Below are positions 1 to 8,831 of a stretch of DNA of 64,000 nucleotides, one piece after another. Position 1 is the stretch's first letter, and the number at the start of each line of letters is the position of its first letter. Origin of the DNA: an uncultured Hymenobacter sp. (GTDB taxonomy: Bacteria > Bacteroidota > Bacteroidia > Cytophagales > Hymenobacteraceae); the NCBI GenBank assembly GCA_964385095.1, contig CAYLNN010000014.1, positions 23,259-87,258 on the forward strand, read 5' to 3'. The notes beneath the pieces are model-generated. The model made no database searches, had not been told where the DNA came from, and saw only the letters and a list, made by a program, of their open reading frames with translations. Both the position numbers and the translations under genes were made by a program.

Positions 1-220
1 ATACACAGATTCTTCGGGCCTTAGCAGCATCCTCATTGCGAACCGCCTCTGCAACTCGACCGGTGGCCTGCTAGTGCTTACCGGCCTGCAAGACCACGTG
101 CTGAAGCTTATCACCATCAGCAAGCTGGAGTCGGTGCTGCACATTCTGCCCACCGTGGAAGAAGGCATCGACCGCATTTTTCTGCACACCATCGAGCGCG
201 ACCTGACGGACAAGGAGTAG
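1..220 (+). CDS. STAS-domain anti-sigma factor antagonist (3' part, truncated by window start)
   Basis: Manual translation of frame 2: YTDSSGLSSILIANRLCN...VLHILPTVEEGID..., with the DSSG phospho-acceptor motif; TAG at 218-220. Confidence 0.85.
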   Translation, partial: YTDSSGLSSILIANRLCNSTGGLLVLTGLQDHVLKLITISKLESVLHILPTVEEGIDRIFLHTIERDLTDKE

Positions 221-393
221 ATTTTTTTAGCGGCTGCCTTAATCCGGCACGTAGCCGCTAGCCCCCGGCGTACGCTGCTTGTATCTGCATACGAGCGCCC
301 GCGCCCCGGCTAGCGGCTACGGCTTTTTACCCGGTCTGCCAATTCTTCGGCCGCTGGCCAGGCAGGCTACCGGCTGAGTGCTAACAGCTTGTC

Positions 394-1311
394 ATGCAAT
401 TTGAGCTTCAGATACTAGGGAGCGGCTCGGCCACCCCAATGGTGGGCCGCCACCCCACCGCCCAGCTACTGGCCGTGGGCGAGGGCCGCTACCTCATCGA
501 TTGCGGCGAGGGCACGCAGCTACGGCTGCTTGAGCAACGCCGCCGCCTCAGCTCGCTCCGGGTTATTTTTATCTCGCACCTGCACGGCGACCACTATTTT
601 GGGCTGTTTGGGCTGCTGAGCACGCTGCACCTGCAAGGCCGCCAGGAGCCCCTCACGGTAGTGGGCCCGCCCGGCCTCGAACTAGTGCTCACTACGCAGG
701 CCCTGCACTCGCAAATGCAGCCGGGCTACAACATCACCTTCGTGCCCGTCGATACCGAGGCGCACGCCGTGGTGTATGAAGACGCGTTGGTAAAAGTTTG
801 GTCGCTGCCCATGCGCCACCGCATTCCGTGCGCCGGCTACCTGTTTGAGGAGCAGCCGCGCCGCGCCAAGCTGGTGAAGGAGCGCCTACCCGCCGGCCTC
901 ACCCCTAGTGAGCTTAGCCAGCTAGCCAGTGGCCAGGACCTGCCCGCCGACGAAGCCACCGGCCGCCCTGCCCTGGCGCACGCCGAGGTATCGGTGCCCG
1001 CCGCACCGCCACGCCGCTACGCCTTTTGCTCCGACACGCGCTACCAGCCCGAGCTGGCTGAATTGGTGCAGGGTGTGGATTTGCTTTATCACGAAGCTAC
1101 TTTTCTGGAAGAGCTGCGCGAGCGGGCTGCTACCACTTACCACAGCACCGCCAAGCAGGCGGCTACTACGGCCCGCGACGCCGACGCGCATCGGCTCCTC
1201 ATCGGCCACTTTTCCTCGCGCTACAAGGAGCTGGCTTGGCACCTGAAAGAGGCGCAGACTGTATTTGCCTGGACCGAGCTGGCCACCGAGGGGCTGGTAA
1301 TAAGCGTGTAG
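394..1311 (+). CDS. rnz: Ribonuclease Z
   Basis: LGSGSATP, DCGEGTQ, SHLHGDH (HxHxDH), SDT, HEAT and GHFSSRY motifs. Confidence 0.95.
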   Translation: MQFELQILGSGSATPMVGRHPTAQLLAVGEGRYLIDCGEGTQLRLLEQRRRLSSLRVIFISHLHGDHYFGLFGLLSTLHLQGRQEPLTVVGPPGLELVLTTQALHSQMQPGYNITFVPVDTEAHAVVYEDALVKVWSLPMRHRIPCAGYLFEEQPRRAKLVKERLPAGLTPSELSQLASGQDLPADEATGRPALAHAEVSVPAAPPRRYAFCSDTRYQPELAELVQGVDLLYHEATFLEELRERAATTYHSTAKQAATTARDADAHRLLIGHFSSRYKELAWHLKEAQTVFAWTELATEGLVISV

Positions 1312-1380
1312 GGCCAGCTTTAGCTTGCCCCGACCCTGCACATCGTTTACTTGATATCGGCGAGCTAGCGCTTACTCCAC

Positions 1381-2127
1381 ATGGCTACCTACGCGCACAA
1401 AAAGCAGCAGCTGTACCTCGTGCTCAGCGGTATTTTTCTGGTAAATGCTCTGCTGGCCGAAATTATCGGCGTCAAGATATTCTCGGTGGAGAAGACTTTT
1501 GGGCTTAGCGGCAACCTCACGGCGGGGGTGCTGGTGTGGCCGGTGGTTTTTATCTCCACCGACGTTATCAACGAGTATTTTGGGCGCAAGGGGGTGCTGC
1601 GTATCACGTTCCTCACGGTAGGACTGATTCTGTACGCCTTTCTGGTTATTCTGGGCACTACGCGGCTGGCGCCGGCCGATTTCTGGCTAGCCCTCAATAA
1701 AACCGACGCGCTGGGCCAGCCGTTCGATATTGAATTTGCCTACCAGCGCATTTTTCGGCAGGGGCTGGGCATCATTATCGGCTCGCTCACGGCGTTTGTT
1801 ATCGGCCAGGTGCTCGATGCCAGCGTGTTTCAGCTGTTTCGGCGCGTCACGGGCAGCAAGTATATCTGGCTGCGGGCTACCGGCTCCACGCTCGTTTCGC
1901 AATTGGTCGACAGTTTTGTGGTGCTCTACGTGGCGTTCTATTTATTCGGCAACTGGTCGATGACGCAGGTGCTGGAGGTGGCCCGCTTTAATTATTGGTA
2001 TAAGTTTGCGGCGGCCATCGTGCTCACGCCGGTGCTCTACCTGGCCCATTACGCCATCGACCGCTACCTCGGCCCCGCCGAAACGGCGGAATTGCAAGCC
2101 GAAGCAGCAGTCAATAAATCTGTATGA
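1381..2127 (+). CDS. yhhQ: Queuosine precursor transporter (YhhQ/Vut_1 family)
   Basis: Polytopic membrane protein; D..NEYFG and WLRATGSTLVSQLVDS motifs. Confidence 0.85.
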   Translation: MATYAHKKQQLYLVLSGIFLVNALLAEIIGVKIFSVEKTFGLSGNLTAGVLVWPVVFISTDVINEYFGRKGVLRITFLTVGLILYAFLVILGTTRLAPADFWLALNKTDALGQPFDIEFAYQRIFRQGLGIIIGSLTAFVIGQVLDASVFQLFRRVTGSKYIWLRATGSTLVSQLVDSFVVLYVAFYLFGNWSMTQVLEVARFNYWYKFAAAIVLTPVLYLAHYAIDRYLGPAETAELQAEAAVNKSV

Positions 2128-2723
2128 AGCAGCTTCGATTTCTTCTCGCCAATTTTCTGCTGGTTGGGTTTTGCCAGTCTGCCCCAGTGGCGGCGCAGCG
2201 CCTGGCCAATCGCTACGCTATCGAATTTTTGCGCGGTTCCGGCACCTACACCCTAGCCGATGGCACCACTGGCCAGGGCGATTTGCAATTCAAAACCCGC
2301 AATGAGTCAGTGCTTTACATTGACCATAAGCGCCAGGTTCCGGCTACCGAAGTAGCATCTTTCACCATCAACGGCCACACCTTATGGCCCCACGGCACAT
2401 TTCCGTTCAGCTTTGGGGTACATAGCTACGAGGCTAAAAACGCCTTTATTGAGTACGCCGATACCACCGGCGGCGTGCAGGTAGCCGCCTACTATACCGC
2501 CGAGCCAACCGGTGGCATGACTACCTACTACACAACTTTTCTGTTGCGGCGGCGGGGCACCAGGCAGTTTGTGGTTGGCCCCGGCAACAACCGTAAATGG
2601 CGCCGGGCAGAACGGGAGCGAATAGCGCCCTTTTTTGCGCAATGGCCCGCCGTGCAACAAGATATCTTAGCTGGCAACGTGATTTTTGAGAATTTTTTAG
2701 AATACGTGCGTCGTACCAACTAG
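2124..2723 (+). CDS. Secreted hypothetical protein
   Basis: Signal-peptide-like N-terminus; 4-bp overlap with upstream stop; similar to next ORF. Confidence 0.7.
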   Translation: MKQLRFLLANFLLVGFCQSAPVAAQRLANRYAIEFLRGSGTYTLADGTTGQGDLQFKTRNESVLYIDHKRQVPATEVASFTINGHTLWPHGTFPFSFGVHSYEAKNAFIEYADTTGGVQVAAYYTAEPTGGMTTYYTTFLLRRRGTRQFVVGPGNNRKWRRAERERIAPFFAQWPAVQQDILAGNVIFENFLEYVRRTN

Positions 2724-2734
2724 CTGTGCCCCTT

Positions 2735-3409
2735 ATGTTCCGTATTCCTCCTAGCATTCCGCGCCCCGGCCGGCCGCGCTTAAGCACGCTACTCGGCGTG
2801 CTTTTGCCCGCTAGCCTGTTGCTACCACAGCTGGCTAGTGGACAGGTATTTAAGAACGTGGAGCTAGGTAGCTACGTGCTGCGCACTAGCCCACAGGTGC
2901 GCCAGCAGGGCGGCTTGTACCAGCAAAGCAGCGAAAAGCTGCTAGTGCGCGACCTCACCGGCCGCACTGTCGCGTTCACTCCTCAGCAGGTAAGCTCGTT
3001 TCGGATTCACAACCGACAGTTTGTGTCTACGGGCGGGTTTCAGCTGCGCGGGGGCTTTGGCAACACCTACGTAACGGAGGCTTTTGCCGAGCAGCTCGAT
3101 AGCGGCCAGGTGGTGCTGCTGCGCTACCAGCCCCTGCCCACGGGGGCCGCCGGCCGGGGCAATATGGGCTATCCCGCTAAGATTGGCGCCGAAGTATACC
3201 TGCTGCGCTTTGCTAATACCCTCGCCGTGACGCCGGTGCAGACCGATTATTCGGGCTCGGCTTTTCGGGCGGCGCTCCGCCCCTACCTGGCCGCCCGCCC
3301 CGACTTGCAGCAGCTGCTGGATGCCAAGCATCTGCAAGCCAAAAACCTGCCGCTCGTTGTATACGCGCTCAACCACAACCAGCCCTACAACCCGGCTGCT
3401 ACCAAGTAA
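2735..3409 (+). CDS. Secreted hypothetical protein, probable paralog of 2124-2723
   Basis: Signal peptide ending ...ASGQ; shared motifs with upstream ORF; start uncertain (GTG 2726 or ATG 2735). Confidence 0.7.
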   Translation: MFRIPPSIPRPGRPRLSTLLGVLLPASLLLPQLASGQVFKNVELGSYVLRTSPQVRQQGGLYQQSSEKLLVRDLTGRTVAFTPQQVSSFRIHNRQFVSTGGFQLRGGFGNTYVTEAFAEQLDSGQVVLLRYQPLPTGAAGRGNMGYPAKIGAEVYLLRFANTLAVTPVQTDYSGSAFRAALRPYLAARPDLQQLLDAKHLQAKNLPLVVYALNHNQPYNPAATK

Positions 3410-3431
3410 TTACTTCCGAACCTTCGTCCTA

Positions 3432-4412
3432 ATGTCCCGCATCCTTACCGGCATCCAGAGCACCGGCCGCCCGCACCTGGGCAACCTGCTCGGCGCCATT
3501 CTTCCGGCCATCGAGCTGTCGAAAAACCCGGCCAACGAGTCGCTCTATTTTATTGCTGATTTGCACTCGCTCACCACCGTGCGCGACCCTAGCGTGCTGC
3601 GCGCCAACACCTACGCCGTAGCCGCCGCTTGGCTCGCCTGCGGCTTCGACACCGAGAAAAACCTGTTTTACCGGCAGTCCGACGTGCCGCAGGTAACCGA
3701 GCTGACGTGGTATTTGTCGTGCTTTACGCCGTACCCAATGCTAGCCAACGCGCACAGCTTCAAGGACAAGAGCGATAAGCTTTCGGACGTGAACGCTGGC
3801 CTTTTCACCTACCCCGTGCTGATGGCGGCGGACATTCTACTCTACGACGCCGAGGTGGTGCCCGTGGGCAAAGACCAGATTCAGCACCTCGAAATAGCCC
3901 GCGACATCGCCAAGGCTTTCAACAATCGCTACGGCGATACCCTGGTGGAGCCCCAGGCCCGCGTGGAAGCCGAGCTGATGACCATTCCCGGCCTCGACGG
4001 CCAAAAGATGAGCAAGAGCTACGGCAACATCATCGACGTATTTGCGCCCGAAAAGGAGCTGCTCAAAACCGTGCGCAGCATTATCTCGGATAGCACGCCG
4101 CTCGAAGCGCCCAAAAACCCCGACACCGATACCACTTTCAAGCTCTACTCGCTGCTGGCTAGCCCCGCCGAAACCGCCGACCTGCGCCAACGCTACGAAG
4201 CCGGCGGCTACGGCTACGGGCACGCCAAGCAAGCCCTCTATGAGCTGATAATGAGCCGCTTCGCCACCGAGCGCGAGCGCTTCAACTTCTACCTGAATAA
4301 CCTGCCCGAAGTTGACGCCCAGTTAGCCACCGGCGCCCAACGCGCCCAGGAATACGGCGCAGCCGTGCTGGCCAAAGTGCGCAAAAAAGTCGGCTACGGA
4401 CCGCAGATTTAA
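3432..4412 (+). CDS. trpS: Tryptophan--tRNA ligase
   Basis: TGIQSTG, HLGN, YPVLMAADI, VPVGKDQ, KMSKS; ATG at 3432 chosen over the longer ORF. Confidence 0.97.
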   Translation: MSRILTGIQSTGRPHLGNLLGAILPAIELSKNPANESLYFIADLHSLTTVRDPSVLRANTYAVAAAWLACGFDTEKNLFYRQSDVPQVTELTWYLSCFTPYPMLANAHSFKDKSDKLSDVNAGLFTYPVLMAADILLYDAEVVPVGKDQIQHLEIARDIAKAFNNRYGDTLVEPQARVEAELMTIPGLDGQKMSKSYGNIIDVFAPEKELLKTVRSIISDSTPLEAPKNPDTDTTFKLYSLLASPAETADLRQRYEAGGYGYGHAKQALYELIMSRFATERERFNFYLNNLPEVDAQLATGAQRAQEYGAAVLAKVRKKVGYGPQI

Positions 4413-4651
4413 CTGATTTAACGGCTTGCGAGGATACGCCCGCTGCCGCGGGCTGGCTAGCCTAGCAACCCTCCTGGAGGCACGCGCAGCCCACTAAGCA
4501 ATCAAGGATTTTAAGAGCTTTGCCCCATAAGAAAGGCCACCCTAGCGGATGGCCTTTCTTATTTATTGGAACTAACGAAACTACCGTTCCATAGTCAGCC
4601 CGCGCAGCGGGCGTATCTGTGTAATCCGTTAAATCAGTTAAATCTGCGGTC
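4399..4651. repeat. Long inverted-repeat element (26-bp perfect ends, about 60-bp imperfect arms) spanning two convergent stop codons
   Basis: GACCGCAGATTTAACTGATTTAACGG at 4399-4424 and its exact reverse complement at 4626-4651; inner arms GATACGCCCGCTGC(C)GCGGGCTG. Confidence 0.9.
4527..4562. terminator. Bidirectional intrinsic terminator
   Basis: ATAAGAAAGGCCA-loop-TGGCCTTTCTTAT between convergent genes. Confidence 0.75.
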
Positions 4652-5431
4652 TTGGTTGGTGAAGTTGAAGCCCACTTTGCTGCCGCGGCTTACTTGCTGA
4701 TTTTCCAGCTTTTGTTTTACGCTGATGCGTTGAATTTCGGGCAGTGGCTGGGCGATGAGGTCGTTGTTGACAGCCGCAATCATGGCGCTTTCCACAAACA
4801 GGCGCAGCGACTCGGCCGTGACGGGGCTGCGGCTCATATCGGGGTCGGGCAGCTCAAGCTGCTGCACGCCTTCGAGAAAATAATGGCTGTCGATGTTGAC
4901 GAGCAAGCGGCCCAGCAGGTAGCCAGGGTCGTTGAGACGCTGGTAGCGAATGCTGTCGGCCATAAAATTGTAGGCCATAATATGGCCAAAGAAGCGCCGC
5001 CGAAAATCGGCCGCCACGTAGGGCGTATTCAGCGGCTCAAAATCGTCGGGAAACGTGACGATGTTGGAGTGCATGACGAATACCAGCAAATCGCCCGAAA
5101 AGCGAATGTGAAATTCCATCTCGTTGATGGGCAGGCACTCGATTTTCACGCTGGCGTCGGCGTCGGTCGTCACCTTCTGGGTCAGCTCCAGGCACAGCTG
5201 CTGCGAGGTTTGGCGCAGCAGCGTAAACGCGGCCTGGGTAGCCCGAAAAATGGCCTGCTTGGCGCTCGACTTTTCGCGCAGGCCCTCGGCAATGAGGTGC
5301 AGGCGGTCGGCGGGCAGGCTAGCCGGCACCGCGGCAGGCTCGACGAGCGGCGCGGCGGGCACTTTTTTGGGACGAACCGTTTTTTTACGGGCAGCGGGCG
5401 GGGCAGCCGGGGCCGCAGCAGATTTAGCCAT
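4634..5431 (-). CDS. Hypothetical protein with Ala/Pro/Lys-rich N-terminus
   Basis: 265-aa ORF with globular C-terminal region and host-like codon usage. Confidence 0.75.
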   Translation of the reverse strand: MAKSAAAPAAPPAARKKTVRPKKVPAAPLVEPAAVPASLPADRLHLIAEGLREKSSAKQAIFRATQAAFTLLRQTSQQLCLELTQKVTTDADASVKIECLPINEMEFHIRFSGDLLVFVMHSNIVTFPDDFEPLNTPYVAADFRRRFFGHIMAYNFMADSIRYQRLNDPGYLLGRLLVNIDSHYFLEGVQQLELPDPDMSRSPVTAESLRLFVESAMIAAVNNDLIAQPLPEIQRISVKQKLENQQVSRGSKVGFNFTNQDRRFN

Positions 5432-5668
5432 ACGTGAGCTGAATAGAAGAAAAAGTCGCGGCAGAGCCGCAAGCTACATGACTAAGCAGGTACGTAAGCG
5501 GGCCCCAACCGAGTTTTGCCAGGGCCAAAACTCGGCTGCTTAAAAAACTCAGGCTGCCAGGCCGCCTTTCGGGGCTAGCCGCGTCTTTCGCCCCCTAGCG
5601 GTGGCAACCACCCACACAAAAAAAGCGCCGCCGTAATTTCAGCTTTTCAACCCTTGATTTTTCCGAAC

Positions 5669-7837
5669 ATGATACAGCACATCCGCCCGGCGGGCGTGGC
5701 GCTGGCCTTGCTGCTAGCCAGCACTACCGCTACGTGGGCGCAGTTTGGCCCCGGCACGCAGTGGACCAAAGACGGCTACGGCTACCTCAAAACTGAAAAG
5801 GACGCCATTGTGCAGCTCGATGCCCGCAAGCCGGGCCAGGCCAGCACCGTCTTGAGCGCGCAGCAGTTGACGCCCCAGGGCGCCATAGCCCCGCTGAAAG
5901 TGCGGCGCTTTGCGCTTTCCGAAAATGGCCAGCAGGTACTGCTCAATACCAATACCAAGAAGGTGTGGCGCTACGACACGCGCGGCGACTACTGGGTATA
6001 TGACCTGAGCACCAAGCAATTGATGCAGCTCGGCAAGGGCCGACCCGAGTCATCGCTGATGTTTGCCAAGTTCTCGCCCGATGGCAAAAAGGTGGCCTAC
6101 GTGAGCGAGCACAACCTGTTTGTAGAAACCCTGGCTGACCACCGCATCACGCAGCTCACCCAGGATGGCACCGACCGGCTCATCAACGGCACCTTCGACT
6201 GGGTGTATGAGGAGGAGCTGGACTGCCGCGATGGCTTCCGCTGGGCGCCCGATGGCCAAAGCCTCGCCTACTGGCAGCTCGATGCCACCAAAACGCGCAA
6301 CTACCTGATGATGAACACGACGGATGCGTTGTATCCGTACACCATTCCGGTGGAGTACCCCGTAGTGGGCCAGGACCCTAGCCGCGCCCGCATTGGCGTG
6401 GTGCCGGTGGCCGGCGGCGCCACCAAGTGGATGGATATTCCCGGCGATGCCGTGCAGCACTACCTGCCGCGCATGGAGTGGGCCGGCCCCGGCGAGCTGA
6501 TTGTGCAGCAGCTAAACCGCCGCCAGAACGAGAGCAATATTATCCTGGTGAATGCGGCTAGCGGCGCGGCCAAGCCCATTTTCAAGGATACCGACAAGGC
6601 GTGGGTCGATGCCAAGGACGGCGCCGTGGGCTGGAACTGGATTGAGGGCGGCAAGCGCTTTGTGTGGGCTAGCGAAAAAGACGGCTGGCGCCACCTCTAC
6701 GCCATCGACCGCAGTGGCAAGGAGCAGCTCCTGACGCCCGGCAACTACGACGTTATCAGCCTCGAAACCATCAGCGAGCCCACAGGTACGATTTATTTCA
6801 TGGCCTCGCCCGCCAACGCCACCCAAACCTACCTCTACAAGGTAGCGCTGAAGGGCGGCAAGGCCGAGCGCGTAACGCCCGCTAGCCTCACGGGCTCGAA
6901 CAGCTACGACATCTCGCCCAACGGCAAAATTGCGCTGCATAATTTCTCCAACACCGCCACCTACCCCGTGGCCGATGTGGTGAGCCTGCCCGCCCACCAG
7001 CGCCTGAGCGGCGGCGAGGTGCCCGCGCAGGTCAAGGCCATGAAACTGCCCAAAACGGAGTTCTTTCAGGTGAAAACCGCCGATGGCGTGACGCTCGACG
7101 GCTGGATGGTGAAGCCCACCAATTTTGACCCTAGCAAGAAGTACCCCATCGTGTTCTACGTGTATGGCGAGCCCGCCAGCCAGACCGTAACCGACCGCTT
7201 TGGCACGGGCGCTAACCGCCTCTACCACGGCAGCATGGCGGACGATGGCTACATCTACGCCTCGCTCGAAAACCGGGGTGCCCCCGCCCCGCGCGGCCGC
7301 GAGTTTCGCAAGGCCATTTACCACAACATCGGCGCGCTCAACATCCGCGACCAGGCGATGGGTGCCAGCGAGGTGCTCAAGAACAAGTGGGTTGATACCA
7401 GCCGCGTGGCCGTGTGGGGCTGGAGCGGCGGCGGCAGCAGCACGCTTAGCCTGCTGATGCAGTACCCGAAAATCTATAAAACGGGCATCAGCATCGCGGC
7501 AGTTGATAACCAGCTCAACTACGATAACATCTACCAGGAGCGCTACATGGGCCTGCTGCCCGAAGACAAGCACTACTTTGTGGACAACTCGCCCCTGGCC
7601 CACGCCAAAAACCTGCGCGGCAACCTGCTACTCATCCACGGCACCGGCGACGACAACGTGCACTACAACAATGCCGAGCAGATGATAAACGAGTTAATTA
7701 AGTACAACAAGACTTTCCAGCTCATGAGCTACCCCAACCGCACCCATGGCATTTCGGAAGGCGAAGGCACCAGCCGCCACCTGGCGAGTACCTACACCAA
7801 GTTTTTGCAGGAAAACTGCCCCCCCGGCGGCCGCTAG
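5669..7837 (+). CDS. S9B dipeptidyl peptidase IV family protein
   Basis: Signal peptide, DWVYEEE, GWSGGG nucleophile, HGTGDDNVH, C-terminal His. Confidence 0.93.
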   Translation: MIQHIRPAGVALALLLASTTATWAQFGPGTQWTKDGYGYLKTEKDAIVQLDARKPGQASTVLSAQQLTPQGAIAPLKVRRFALSENGQQVLLNTNTKKVWRYDTRGDYWVYDLSTKQLMQLGKGRPESSLMFAKFSPDGKKVAYVSEHNLFVETLADHRITQLTQDGTDRLINGTFDWVYEEELDCRDGFRWAPDGQSLAYWQLDATKTRNYLMMNTTDALYPYTIPVEYPVVGQDPSRARIGVVPVAGGATKWMDIPGDAVQHYLPRMEWAGPGELIVQQLNRRQNESNIILVNAASGAAKPIFKDTDKAWVDAKDGAVGWNWIEGGKRFVWASEKDGWRHLYAIDRSGKEQLLTPGNYDVISLETISEPTGTIYFMASPANATQTYLYKVALKGGKAERVTPASLTGSNSYDISPNGKIALHNFSNTATYPVADVVSLPAHQRLSGGEVPAQVKAMKLPKTEFFQVKTADGVTLDGWMVKPTNFDPSKKYPIVFYVYGEPASQTVTDRFGTGANRLYHGSMADDGYIYASLENRGAPAPRGREFRKAIYHNIGALNIRDQAMGASEVLKNKWVDTSRVAVWGWSGGGSSTLSLLMQYPKIYKTGISIAAVDNQLNYDNIYQERYMGLLPEDKHYFVDNSPLAHAKNLRGNLLLIHGTGDDNVHYNNAEQMINELIKYNKTFQLMSYPNRTHGISEGEGTSRHLASTYTKFLQENCPPGGR

Positions 7838-7856
7838 CCCCGGCCAGCACTACCAT

Positions 7857-7892
7857 AAAAGCCCCATCTCCTGGCCGGAGATGGGGCTTTTT
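7857..7892. terminator. Bidirectional intrinsic terminator
   Basis: AAAAGCCCCATCTCC-loop-GGAGATGGGGCTTTTT. Confidence 0.85.
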
Positions 7893-7910
7893 GTAGCCTA
7901 CGCATGGGCC

Positions 7911-8264
7911 CTAGCCCCGCCGCTTGCGCCCCCGAAGGATGCTGCGGGTAGGCTGCGCCCCGGTTTGAGCTTGGTTGGCCCGGGGCTGGTCGTTGCGCCC
8001 GGTGCCGTTGTCGATATCACGCCTGGGCACACCATTTGGAAATGTGCCACTAGTGGTACCGCCCACGTGCTTATCGGTGTAGCCGCGGGGATAGGCAGGC
8101 ACAGCGGCGGGCGGCAGCGTATTACCGGGCTTACCTACGTCGGAAACACTGCCCGATACTGGCACATCGGGCGTGGCGGCTGTGGTAGCACGCGGTACCT
8201 GCGCCAGGGCAGGGCTAGCGGCCGCTATAATCAGGATGGGGATAAGCAGGAAGAAGTTGCGCAT
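7911..8264 (-). CDS. Small secreted low-complexity protein
   Basis: ATG at 8264 gives MRNFFLLIPILIIAAASPALAQ signal peptide; Pro/Thr/Gly-rich body. Confidence 0.6.
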   Translation of the reverse strand: MRNFFLLIPILIIAAASPALAQVPRATTAATPDVPVSGSVSDVGKPGNTLPPAAVPAYPRGYTDKHVGGTTSGTFPNGVPRRDIDNGTGRNDQPRANQAQTGAQPTRSILRGRKRRG

Positions 8265-8434
8265 AACAAGAAGCTGAGCCGCGATGGGGCGCCCAACGTC
8301 AGCCTTGTACGGCAAAACCAACGAAATAGTCCTCGTCCCCCACGGCCGGCGCGGCGCGTAAGCCGCTGTTGCCGCACGCTTACGCAAGTACTTCGGGGCT
8401 AGCGGCTACTGACTAGCCGGCCGGCGCGGGCATG

Positions 8435-8463
8435 AAAAAGCCCGCCGGGGCTACCAGCGGGCT
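8435..8463 (-). terminator. Terminator of the tRNA pair
   Basis: AGCCCGC hairpin followed by T-tract on the minus strand just after tRNA-Ser(TGA). Confidence 0.7.
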
Positions 8464-8480
8464 ACTGCCAAAATAGTTAG

Positions 8481-8565
8481 CAGAGAAGGAGGGATTCGAA
8501 CCCCCGGACCTGTTACAGTCAGCGGTTTTCAAGACCGCCGCAATCGACCACTCTGCCACTTCTCT
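8481..8565 (-). tRNA. tRNA-Ser(TGA)
   Basis: AGAGAAG/CTTCTCT acceptor stem, anticodon loop CT-TGA-AA, long variable arm, GGTTCGAATCC T-loop; CCA not encoded. Confidence 0.95.
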
Positions 8566-8572
8566 AAAAAAT

Positions 8573-8639
8573 GAAATGGTAAAATGGCAACTTGGCGAAG
8601 AGTGGAAGCCACTTCACCAAACTACTATCTCACCATTTC
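8573..8639. repeat. Inverted arms of 8-nt tandem units in the tRNA spacer
   Basis: GAAATGGTAAAATGGCAACTTGGCGAAG versus reverse complement GAAATGGTGAGATAGTAGTTTGGTGAAG. Confidence 0.75.
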
Positions 8640-8640
8640 G

Positions 8641-8727
8641 CAGAGAGGGGGGGATTCGAACCCCCGATACCCTTGCAGGTATAACGGATTTCGAATCCGT
8701 CGCATTCGACCACTCTGCCACCTCTCT
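8641..8727 (-). tRNA. tRNA-Ser(CGA)
   Basis: AGAGAGG/CCTCTCT acceptor stem, ACGGA-TT-CGA-AA-TCCGT anticodon arm, long variable arm, GGTTCGAATCC. Confidence 0.95.
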
Positions 8728-8754
8728 AGGGTCCCAAACGAGTGGTTGGGGTTG

Positions 8755-8762
8755 CAAAAGTA
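8755..8762 (-). promoter_or_regulatory. Bacteroidota -7 promoter element for the tRNA pair
   Basis: TACTTTTG (TAnnTTTG consensus) 27 nt upstream of tRNA-Ser(CGA). Confidence 0.7.
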
Positions 8763-8831
8763 GGTTGAAATCGGGGATTTGAAAGAATGAGGCGGGAAAT
8801 TTTTGCAAAATTTCTGCTAGTGCTCTCACTA

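Noticed and set aside
376..384. GAGTGCTAA, right half of a CIRCE element, upstream of rnz
   Set aside because: No TTAGCACTC left arm 9 nt upstream; a lone half-site is probably chance.
1312..1380. Possible preQ1 riboswitch before the queuosine transporter
   Set aside because: No stem plus A-rich tail matching the preQ1-I consensus is visible.
3321..3431. N-terminal extension of trpS in the ORF track
   Set aside because: It overlaps the upstream gene; the conserved protein begins at ATG 3432.
4652..5437. Long antisense/alternate-frame ORFs (also 6512-7603, 17004-17879, 23712-24824, 45363-46124 and many others)
   Set aside because: Shadow ORFs expected opposite GC3-rich genes; no recognisable motifs.
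8481..8727. tRNA-Ser genes as an integration site for an island
   Set aside because: No integrase and no duplicated tRNA 3' end seen; flanking genes are host-like.
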